Below, in pieces: positions 10,488 to 18,226 of a stretch of DNA of 64,000 nt. The notes below the pieces were generated by a model. It was not told where the DNA came from and did not search any database. It was given only the letters and a program-made list of their open reading frames with translations. A program made the position numbers and the translations under genes. The number at the start of each line of letters is the position of its first letter. The stretch's first letter is position 1. The stretch comes from Pseudomonadota bacterium (GTDB lineage Bacteria > Myxococcota > JACRCW01 > JAFGSX01), in the NCBI GenBank assembly GCA_043821645.1, contig JBDRCO010000037.1, forward strand, positions 192,001 through 256,000, read 5' to 3'.

Positions 10488-11747
10488 TCACGACCGCTCG
10501 GCTGTCACATCCTCGAGCTGCTCGACGGAAGCTTCGGCACGCTGTTCGGCGGCACCACCCGAGCTCGTCTCGGACTCTGATTTCGCGACCACCTCGACAG
10601 GCTCGGGGATGGTCTGCTTGACCGTGGCCGGGGGCAGGGCCTGGCTCTCGCGCAGGGCCTGGCCAATGATGTCGACGTCGCTGGTGAGGTCCTCGAGCTC
10701 GCGGGCCACGTCGCGCAGTTCGTCGGCCAGGCGCTCGCTGTCCGTGGCGTGATAGTTCATCAGCGAGAATCGCACCTTCTCGAGCAGGGCCAGCTGCGAC
10801 ACGATGCGTGCCACGGTGCGCTCGCGGCCGCGGCCTATGGACTGCAGGTAGGTGAGCTGCGCCATCAGGCTGTTCGCTGCGCGCTCGTACTGCTCCCGGG
10901 CGATGGGATCCTTGGCCTGGGTCGCCGAGCGCTGCAGATCGTCGACACGCGAGCGGATCTCGGCCTCGTTCTTGCCCGCGGTCTCGCCCTGTATGGCCTG
11001 CCAGCGCAGCGCGGTCTCGAACAGCGACAGGCACAGCTCCTTGGCCCTGTCCCTGAGGTCGTGCTCGAGTGCCTTCTCGATCTTGCGGCGCTTGAGGTCG
11101 TCGAGGATCTGATCGTACACGCGCTTGGCCTGGGTCGCATGGCGCAGCAGCTCGCCGCGCAACTTGTCCTCGGCTTTTCTGAAGGCGCGCGCAACGGGAT
11201 CCGTGAGCACGGTCACCCGGCGAACCCCGGTCAGGGCCGTGGCGATGAAGCCGCCCACCGCACCTGCGACCGCCGCCACCACGGGCACTGGAGCCAGACC
11301 CTCGGCGAGGCCAAACAGTCCGAAGCGCAGCCCGGCGAAGCCCGCGACCATCAGCGCCGGCACGCCCAGGAGCGCACCCAGGCCGCGGCGAATCCCGTTA
11401 CCTTCAAACAGCGTGATGGCCAGGCCAAGACCAAGACCCGACAGCACCCAGGAGAAAGTCGGGTAAGAGAAGCGCAGGTAGAGCAGCACCATGGCTGGCA
11501 CCAGGGCCGCCAGGCCAATCAGCACGGCACGCGTCAGCCGCTGCCCCAGGCGCTCGCCCACGAAGCCCAGGCCCGCGCCCATGGCCACCAGCACCACCGG
11601 GGCCCAGCGTTGCAGCTCGTAGGTCGGGTTGTTGCTCAGGGCTGCCAGCAGGCCAACCGCCGCGCCGCCGGCCGCCGCACCCACCGTGCCGCGCAGGACC
11701 TCGTGGTGAAAGCGATCATGGTCGTCAAAGGTGAGCTGGGTGGCCAT
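10488..11747 (-). CDS. Hypothetical polytopic membrane protein with C-terminal coiled coil
   Basis: About 6-7 hydrophobic segments in the N-terminal half, then a charged helical region. GAGG upstream of the ATG; 35 bp downstream of the VWA gene. Confidence 0.75.
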   Translation of the reverse strand: MATQLTFDDHDRFHHEVLRGTVGAAAGGAAVGLLAALSNNPTYELQRWAPVVLVAMGAGLGFVGERLGQRLTRAVLIGLAALVPAMVLLYLRFSYPTFSWVLSGLGLGLAITLFEGNGIRRGLGALLGVPALMVAGFAGLRFGLFGLAEGLAPVPVVAAVAGAVGGFIATALTGVRRVTVLTDPVARAFRKAEDKLRGELLRHATQAKRVYDQILDDLKRRKIEKALEHDLRDRAKELCLSLFETALRWQAIQGETAGKNEAEIRSRVDDLQRSATQAKDPIAREQYERAANSLMAQLTYLQSIGRGRERTVARIVSQLALLEKVRFSLMNYHATDSERLADELRDVARELEDLTSDVDIIGQALRESQALPPATVKQTIPEPVEVVAKSESETSSGGAAEQRAEASVEQLEDVTAERS

Positions 11748-11782
11748 GGTGGCGTCCTCGGGTTCTGGAGTGACGACGGAGA

Positions 11783-13210
11783 TCAGCGGCGCTGGCTGCT
11801 GAAGGCCTCGGCGCGGTTGCTCTTGACGAAGTCCTGACCTGCCGCACTGCCCAGGTCGGCGGCGCCAGCCTTGGTATCCATGTCGTCGAAGTAGACCGCC
11901 TGCTGCCTGAGCGCCGGAGCGGCGGCGGCGGGCGCGTTGGCGGCGGCCTTCTTCATGCGGGCCTTGGCATCCCGCAGCACCTGCACGGCCTGGGTCTTGT
12001 CATTGCGCGACATGGCTTCCATCGAGGCGCTCACCGCTGCTGCGGCCTCGACCTTGTAGCCAGCCACCATGACGTCGGCGTTCTGCGAGCGACCGGCCAG
12101 AGCCTGGTCGTGCACGGCTGCCACACTGAGCAGACCCTGGGCGCTCTCGCCGCCGCCCGAGGCGGGCATCTGGTAGGTCAGGCCCAGGCTGGCAAAGGGA
12201 TGCACGTTCTGGCCCGAGGGCCGCGCCGTGGCACGGGCCACCAGGCGCCGCGATTCCCCGGAGGACAGGTCGCCGAGGTCGACCACCATGCTGTTGCCGT
12301 CGCGGGTGGCGTTGTAACCGAACACCTCCTGGATCTGCATGTTGGCGCCCGGGTCAATGCGCAGGCGCACGCGGCTGGCGACCAGGCTCTCCACGGCCTG
12401 GAACTCCTTGGCCAGGATGGACGCCAGCGCGCTGGTCTTGCGCAGGTGGTAGAAGCCGCCACCGCCGCGGATGGCGATGCGCTCCATCACGTTCTCGTCG
12501 TAGTCCAGACCCACGCCCATGCTCGAGAAGGTCAGCCCCTGCTCACGACCGTCGCCGGCGATGGCAGCCAGGCGGACCGGATTGCGCTCACCTTCGGTGG
12601 GTCGACCGTCGCTGATCAGGAGGACCCGCCGCGGCATCGAGGTCGTGGCCAGCTCACGGATCGCGGCGCGCAGGCCACCGCCGATGTTGGTACCACCGCC
12701 GGCGTCGATGGACATGACCCGGCGCTGCGCCAGGTCGCGGACATCGCGCACCGGGCTCAGGCGCAGGTCGGTGGTGACGTCGGATCCATAGCTGACAACG
12801 GCAATCATGTCGTCGTCGCGCAGCTTGCGCATAAAGGCCAGGGCTGCGTCCCGGGCGTCATCGATCTTGACCCCGGCCATGGAGCCAGAGCGGTCGATGA
12901 CCAGCACCGCGGCAAAGGGCGAGCGCGCGCCGGGCTGATTGGCCGCCTGCAGGTCCACATTCAAGAACAGGTCCGTGGCGCTGTCCGCCAGCACGTGCGA
13001 CTGGCTCAGGGTGGCCGTGGCGCGCACCGCGTTGCCAAAACTCACGGTGGCCTGGGGCTGACCCACGTTGACCGGCGGCGGGGGAGGCGGGGGTGGATAA
13101 TTGGTGGGCGTTGTAGGTGGCGCAACCACCTGTCCGCGCACCACCAGAAACAGAGCGGCCGCGCTCAGCAAGGCTGCGCCGCCAAAGATGCCCAGGGTCT
13201 TGGGGTTCAT
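11783..13210 (-). CDS. von Willebrand factor A (VWA) domain protein, membrane-anchored/exported
   Basis: MIDAS motif VIDRSGSM, GGTNIGGGL, LLISDG and GVGLDYDE. N-terminal hydrophobic segment plus a poly-Pro linker. GGAGGA Shine-Dalgarno. Confidence 0.9.
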   Translation of the reverse strand: MNPKTLGIFGGAALLSAAALFLVVRGQVVAPPTTPTNYPPPPPPPPVNVGQPQATVSFGNAVRATATLSQSHVLADSATDLFLNVDLQAANQPGARSPFAAVLVIDRSGSMAGVKIDDARDAALAFMRKLRDDDMIAVVSYGSDVTTDLRLSPVRDVRDLAQRRVMSIDAGGGTNIGGGLRAAIRELATTSMPRRVLLISDGRPTEGERNPVRLAAIAGDGREQGLTFSSMGVGLDYDENVMERIAIRGGGGFYHLRKTSALASILAKEFQAVESLVASRVRLRIDPGANMQIQEVFGYNATRDGNSMVVDLGDLSSGESRRLVARATARPSGQNVHPFASLGLTYQMPASGGGESAQGLLSVAAVHDQALAGRSQNADVMVAGYKVEAAAAVSASMEAMSRNDKTQAVQVLRDAKARMKKAAANAPAAAAPALRQQAVYFDDMDTKAGAADLGSAAGQDFVKSNRAEAFSSQRR

Positions 13211-13372
13211 GGATTCCTCCCGCTCGGTCGTGTTGCCAGCGTCGCTACCTCAAACGGACACGCGAAGCCGACGATCTGTTCCTGGGACCTGCTTTTTCAT
13301 CATATGCCGAAACCGCGCACCAGGGCACTCGAAGGGGGGAGGCAGCGCGGGACACCGCCGCCGCGAGATTCT

Positions 13373-14419
13373 TCACCGTGGGACAACGAGCAGATTCGGT
13401 GTGGTGCGCAGGCCCTCGCCCCAGTGCCGCTTGTAGGGCACCTGCTGCCCGAGGTCGTAGTGTTGTACCCCGTCCTCGCACAACCAGGTTACGAGCTCCA
13501 GGTGCAGGAGATTGCCGATGGACAGCTCCGCACGAGCGTCGTCGTAGCTGAACTGGAAGCTACGGAAGTGATCGCCGCACTGGCCGCCGTGCATGTAGCC
13601 GACATGGTCACCCTCCAGGTGGGCCAGCAGCAGCCGGGCTCGGCCCTCGACGCGGAGACGGTGCAGCAGGTGATGGTAGAAGCCACGCATGGGTTCGCGA
13701 TCCGCGCCCATGTGCTCCAGGGCTTTCCAGGACCGGCTTTCGACCTCGAGGACCCGCCCGTAGAGCGCATCCACATCGGCCCTGTCGTCGAGGACAAGGC
13801 GCTCGATGTGCAGGCCGCGATCGCGCGCCCGGCGGCCGGCGCGGCGCAGGTTGCGCCGCAGCTCGCGCGAACGTCGCGAGAGGTAGCCGTCGAGTCCCCC
13901 CTGCAGCGAGGCCACCACGCGTCCCGTCGATGGTAGGCGATAGATCTCGTGGTTCCCTTGCAGGTGCATGAGCAGGTGCATCAGACGCGGGCCGGGATCC
14001 AGCCCGGAGATGAGCACGGAGCCGTGTGACAGATCAGACCCGTCGCGCTCCCCGTCCAGCGAGCCTCCTGAAGTCCCCAGGCTGTGGCCGGGTCGCAGGG
14101 TGCGGCCCTCGCCGGCGAGGAGGTCCAGCAAGAGGTGCTCGCTGCCAGGCCCCGCGATGGGGCTCGCGAAGCGCCAGCCATGCTCCAGAGCGTGCCACAA
14201 AGGTCCCAGCTCATCGTGATCGGTGCGCGACAGCGCAAGGTGACTGTCACCTCGGCGCGCCACGAAGACGTCGAGGTCAGGGGCGTGGCTGCGCGCAAAG
14301 GAGATCATCCAGTCGCTGCGGGAGCAGAAGGGATCGATGTCGGGCGAAGCTGCGACCGCGGCGTCGTAGGTCGAACGCCAGGCCTCGAGCGCGTCGAGCC
14401 CCTGGCCTGTTTCGATCAC
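13373..14419 (-). CDS. GNAT-family N-acetyltransferase (CelD/BcsL-like)
   Basis: Motifs YLSRRSRELRRNLRRAGRR, SWK, SYDDARAELSIGNLLH and YDLG..PYKRHW, typical of the Acetyltransf_6 type. GTG start 7 bp after the cglC stop. Confidence 0.78.
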   Translation of the reverse strand: MIETGQGLDALEAWRSTYDAAVAASPDIDPFCSRSDWMISFARSHAPDLDVFVARRGDSHLALSRTDHDELGPLWHALEHGWRFASPIAGPGSEHLLLDLLAGEGRTLRPGHSLGTSGGSLDGERDGSDLSHGSVLISGLDPGPRLMHLLMHLQGNHEIYRLPSTGRVVASLQGGLDGYLSRRSRELRRNLRRAGRRARDRGLHIERLVLDDRADVDALYGRVLEVESRSWKALEHMGADREPMRGFYHHLLHRLRVEGRARLLLAHLEGDHVGYMHGGQCGDHFRSFQFSYDDARAELSIGNLLHLELVTWLCEDGVQHYDLGQQVPYKRHWGEGLRTTPNLLVVPR

Positions 14420-14426
14420 GTGAGGA

Positions 14427-14900
14427 TCAACCGCCGATGGGTTCGGCCTTGGGGTCGTGGGCCACCTCGCCGTCCTTGGCCGCACAGTACTTGGCCGGCT
14501 CCTTGACTGCGCCGGTCGTTTCCTCGCGATCGCAGCACAGCTCGTCCTCGAGGGCACCACTGGGGCAGAACGCGTGGTCTGGGGCGCGACAGGCCAGGGC
14601 TCCGAACTCGGTCACGACCTTGCACTCCATGGCAATGCCGTTTCCGTTGAGGCACTCGGTGTCGCTGGCACAGCGCTTGGTGCAGTAGGGCAGGCTGCCG
14701 TTGGTCGACAGGCAGATGAAGGTGTCGCAATTGAGAAAGGCCGTGGGGTCCTGCGACACGAAGTTGTCGCCGTCCTTGGGCTTCATCACCCCGTAAACGT
14801 CGTCTTCTTTCTCGGCGCACTTGCCTCCCAGAGGATCCGGCGTGCAGGCGGTCGCGGCGATGAGACCTAGCGTGAGGACGGCGAGTGTGAACTGGCGCAT
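14427..14900 (-). CDS. cglC: Cys-rich lipoprotein, CglC/GltK-like gliding motility lipoprotein
   Basis: Lipobox ATAC, then ..GGKC, NCDTFICL and YCTKRC..D.EC. Sits next to the GltA/B-GltC genes, as gltK does in myxobacteria. Confidence 0.6.
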   Translation of the reverse strand: MRQFTLAVLTLGLIAATACTPDPLGGKCAEKEDDVYGVMKPKDGDNFVSQDPTAFLNCDTFICLSTNGSLPYCTKRCASDTECLNGNGIAMECKVVTEFGALACRAPDHAFCPSGALEDELCCDREETTGAVKEPAKYCAAKDGEVAHDPKAEPIGG

Positions 14901-15111
14901 GAGATGGCTCCGGCCCAGGGGCTATTGTCATGGATTACCACGCGCTGTGGATCCCCTCAAGACAAGCTGCAGGACAGCGAAGGTCCCCGGTCTGGAAGCG
15001 GTCCGCGAAGGGTGGCGACAAGCCCCTGGCCACAGGGAACGTGGACACCGGCCTGGGTCTCCTCGATCTCGAGGTCCTCGTTGTGACCGAGCGCACAACC
15101 GGGAGACTCTG

Positions 15112-15120
15112 TGGTAGGAT
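15112..15120 (+). promoter_or_regulatory. Candidate extended -10 promoter for the glt operon
   Basis: TGgTAGGAT about 350 nt upstream of the first glt ORF; no good -35 element. Confidence 0.3.
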
Positions 15121-15125
15121 TTACC

Positions 15126-15358
15126 CCACTGGCCCATTAGTAATGAGGTGGTTGCGGGTGGCACGGGGCTGCGATAGTTATGGGTGGTTCGCGAGACCCC
15201 GAGGGGAGGCAATCCCGTTCCCGTGGGAGGTCCGGATGCTAAGCCAGTCCACCGTGCCCGCAAAAAGCTGCAGGGGTGCCGGGAGCTTGAGACGGCTGGT
15301 ACGCGGACTCGCCACGGCCACACCGGTGGTGAGATGGGCTCCGCTCCCCGGTCTGCAG
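15126..15358 (+). ncRNA. Candidate structured leader or small RNA upstream of the glt operon
   Basis: Three consecutive stem domains found by eye (15126-15151, 15152-15263, 15268-15358), with GCGA and GCAA GNRA-type loops. No known Rfam family recognised. Confidence 0.3.
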
Positions 15359-15473
15359 AACGATCGACCCCGTGCTACTCGACGACGAGGCTGCACCGGC
15401 CGCCGCGGGGCGGACCGGCCCGGAATGTAAAGACCCCGCGAACGCTATCGCGCATGTTGCGACGGAGAACACC

Positions 15474-16250
15474 GTGACGCTCAAGCCAGCCGCAGTTTTT
15501 GCTCTCGCCTTGCTCCCCGTCTCCGCCCTGGCGCAGGAGGCCACGAAGACCGATTCGGACACCGCGGCCGCCGCCGAGGAGTCGCAGGAGCAGGTCGAGG
15601 CCACGGACAGCGTGGGCAAGCCCCTGAGAGACCGCATCAAGGCGGTCAGTCGCAAGTCGTTCTTGAAGAAGAACCGCTTCGAGGCCACCCCGGCCTTTGG
15701 GCTCAGCGTCAACGATGCGTTCTTCCGTAACTACATCGTCCAGCTCGACGCCACCTACCACATCGTCGAGAGCTTCAGCCTCGAGCTGCGTCTGGGGCTG
15801 CCGGTGTTCGGTGAGCCGCTGGACCCGGTGGAGTTCCTGCGCAGCGAGTACAAGACCCTGACCAACATCGTGCGGCCGGCCTACCTGGTGCAGCTCTCTG
15901 GCAACTTCACGCCGCTGTACGGCAAGGTGGCCATGTTCAGCGAGTGGATCTGGCAGTACGACCTGTACCTGGCTGGCGGCGTCGGCGTCACCGGTATCGG
16001 TATCCTCACCGGTGCGCGCCTGGACATGTCGGCCATCGCCCACATGCCCTCGATGAACGTGGGCGTGGGCATGCGCTCCTTCATCACCCGCTGGATGGTC
16101 GTTCACCTGGACGCGCGCGACTACATCTACCCGTCGGTGACCGACGGCCTGAGCAACATCCAGAACCTGCTCGTCGTGAGCGTCGGCGTGGGCTTCTTCT
16201 TCCCCTTCGACTTCGAGTACGAGTACGAAGGCTACAAGGTGGTGCAGTGA
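15474..16250 (+). CDS. Outer-membrane beta-barrel protein, GltA/GltB (NfsA/B) family
   Basis: Motifs DRIKAVSRKSFLKKNRFEATP, SVNDAFF, FTPLYGK, GVGMRSF and a C-terminal GFFFP. GTG start after GGAG, then a signal peptide. GltA and GltB cannot be distinguished by eye. Confidence 0.82.
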   Translation: MTLKPAAVFALALLPVSALAQEATKTDSDTAAAAEESQEQVEATDSVGKPLRDRIKAVSRKSFLKKNRFEATPAFGLSVNDAFFRNYIVQLDATYHIVESFSLELRLGLPVFGEPLDPVEFLRSEYKTLTNIVRPAYLVQLSGNFTPLYGKVAMFSEWIWQYDLYLAGGVGVTGIGILTGARLDMSAIAHMPSMNVGVGMRSFITRWMVVHLDARDYIYPSVTDGLSNIQNLLVVSVGVGFFFPFDFEYEYEGYKVVQ

Positions 16251-18226
16251 TGAAGCGACGACGGGGCCTCGTGCTCCTGCCGGCGCTGCTGCTGGCAGCA
16301 CCGTCCCTGGCCCAGGACGACGACATGACCTTTGGCGCCCTCGAGGTGGAGGTCAAGAGCGTCGAGCGCGAGAAGTACGAAGAGGCGGTCAAGAAGACCA
16401 AGAGCAACCAGTGCGACGGAGCTATCTTTGACTTCTTCGACCTCATGCAGAACGAGAAGGCGAAGGAGTTCCACGAGGGCAGCGAGTACTACGTGGCCAA
16501 GTGCCTGTACCGGCTCGGCCTGTACCACGCGTCGCTGCACCGCTTCGCCAAGATTCTCGAGAAGGGCGAGAAAGGGCCGTACTTCCAGACCAGCCGCGAG
16601 TGGCTGTTCTTCATCTCGCGCAAGGTGCAGGACCAGGAGGCCGTGCTCGACGTCATCGCCAAGTACGCGGACAAGGGCGGGGTGCCCGAGAACTACGCTG
16701 ACGAGTTTCATTTCCTGCTTGGCAAGTACTACTACCTGATGGGCCTGGGCGACCTGGTGCCCGATCCCGAAGCCGGACGCGCCAGCGAGGCCGAGCAGAA
16801 GGCCAAGGAGGACAAGGCCAAGGAGGATGACGAGAAGGGCTTTGACTTCGGCGCCGACGAGGCCGGGGGTGGCGGTGGCGATGTGGCTGCGGCACCGGGC
16901 TCGGGTGGTGATTTCGATTTCGACCTGGGCGACCTGGATGGGAAGCCCAAGAAGAAGAAGACCAGCAAACCCAAGCCCAAGCCCAAAGCCAAGCCGGACG
17001 ACGACGGCAGCGATACCGCCAAGCCTGCGGGCGACGAGGGCATGGGATTCACCATCGGCGACGACAGCGGCGAGGGTGGGGGAGAGGGCGGTCCGGCCAA
17101 GGACGTCCAGGCCTACAAGCGAGCCGGGCAGCTGCCTGCGGGCGAGGCCATGGAACGCGCCGTGCAGCATCTGGAGCAGGTCCCCGAGGGGACCAAGTAC
17201 TACGCCCGGGCGCGCTACCTCGAGGGTCTGGTGTACTACCAGCGCGAGAATTACGATCGAGCGGTCGAGGCCTTCCGGCACGTGGTGCGTCTGACCCACC
17301 CCAAGACCGGGGCCTACAAGAGCCCCAAGCTGCGCGAGATGGCCTTCTTCTCGCTCGCACGGGTTCACTACGGATTCAAGCAGTTCCGCTACGCGATCTT
17401 CTACTACGACAAGATCAGCCGCAATTCCGAGGCCTGGCTCGACGCCATCTTCGAGAGTTCGTGGGCCTATTTCCGTCTGGGTAACTACGAAAAGAGCCTG
17501 GGCAACCTGATCACGCTGCACTCGCCCTTCTTCATCGACGAGTACTACCCCGAGTCACTCATCCTCAAGGCGGTCACCTACTACGAAAACTGCCGCTACC
17601 CCGAGGCGCGCGACATCCTCGAGGAGTTCGAGACCCACTACGGCGGCGTCCGCGACGAGCTGGTCAAGCTCACCGCGGAGTCGAAGACACCCGAGGACTA
17701 CTACAAGCTGCTCGACGACTTCGCCACCAAGGAGCCCAGCGAGACCAACCGCCTGACGCTGCGCATGTTGCGCCTGGCGCTCTCGGACCAGGGCGTCAAG
17801 ACCCTCGACCAGGCGGTGAACGAGATCGAGGCCGAGGCCGAACGCATGGGCCAGGTCGTGCCGGGCCTGATCTCCAGCCCCCTGGGCGACGAGATCAAGC
17901 AGTCGCTCGAAGCACGTCGGCAGAAGATCGTCGAGCGCGCTGGCACCATCCTGCGCGACAAGCTGTCGGCCGAACGCGACGACCTCAAGAGCCTGTCGTC
18001 GCAGCTGTTCCGCATCAAGTTCGAGATCGCGAAGATGGAAAAGGAACAGATCGAGGCCGAGATGCGCGGCGAGAGTCTGGTGGTGCCGCTCAGCGAGTAC
18101 CTGTTCTCGGCCGCAGTCGACGACGAGCACGAGTTCTATCCCTTCGTCGGTGAATACTGGCGCGACGAGCTGGGGACCTACGAGTACACCCTGACCCAGG
18201 GCTGCCGACCGGAGTCCAGCGAATGA
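16250..18226 (+). CDS. gltC: Adventurous gliding motility protein GltC (TPR)
   Basis: Motifs YYVAKCLYRLGLYHASL, WLDAIFESSWAYF, LGNLITLHSPFF, YYPES and C-terminal PFVGEYWRDELGTY. ATG overlaps the upstream TGA. Confidence 0.88.
   Translation: MKRRRGLVLLPALLLAAPSLAQDDDMTFGALEVEVKSVEREKYEEAVKKTKSNQCDGAIFDFFDLMQNEKAKEFHEGSEYYVAKCLYRLGLYHASLHRFAKILEKGEKGPYFQTSREWLFFISRKVQDQEAVLDVIAKYADKGGVPENYADEFHFLLGKYYYLMGLGDLVPDPEAGRASEAEQKAKEDKAKEDDEKGFDFGADEAGGGGGDVAAAPGSGGDFDFDLGDLDGKPKKKKTSKPKPKPKAKPDDDGSDTAKPAGDEGMGFTIGDDSGEGGGEGGPAKDVQAYKRAGQLPAGEAMERAVQHLEQVPEGTKYYARARYLEGLVYYQRENYDRAVEAFRHVVRLTHPKTGAYKSPKLREMAFFSLARVHYGFKQFRYAIFYYDKISRNSEAWLDAIFESSWAYFRLGNYEKSLGNLITLHSPFFIDEYYPESLILKAVTYYENCRYPEARDILEEFETHYGGVRDELVKLTAESKTPEDYYKLLDDFATKEPSETNRLTLRMLRLALSDQGVKTLDQAVNEIEAEAERMGQVVPGLISSPLGDEIKQSLEARRQKIVERAGTILRDKLSAERDDLKSLSSQLFRIKFEIAKMEKEQIEAEMRGESLVVPLSEYLFSAAVDDEHEFYPFVGEYWRDELGTYEYTLTQGCRPESSE

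Noticed and set aside
15159-15172. Sigma54 promoter TGGCACGGGGCTGC
   Set aside because: The GG to GC spacing is 9 nt, not the required 10.
15208-15300. Canonical c-di-GMP-I / cGAMP (GEMM-I) riboswitch
   Set aside because: Only a partial likeness (GGCAAT, GGATGCTAAGCC). There is no GNRA-capped P2 at the right place and no matching P3/P1, so it is kept only as an unassigned structured leader.
15944-16249. N-terminal extensions in the ORF track (gltC from 15944, DUF192 from 11034, GNAT from 14560, RaSEA from 4263, agmK from 26532)
   Set aside because: They overlap neighbouring genes or lack coding character. Downstream starts have Shine-Dalgarno sequences, signal peptides, coupled stop/start overlaps or clear coding onset.
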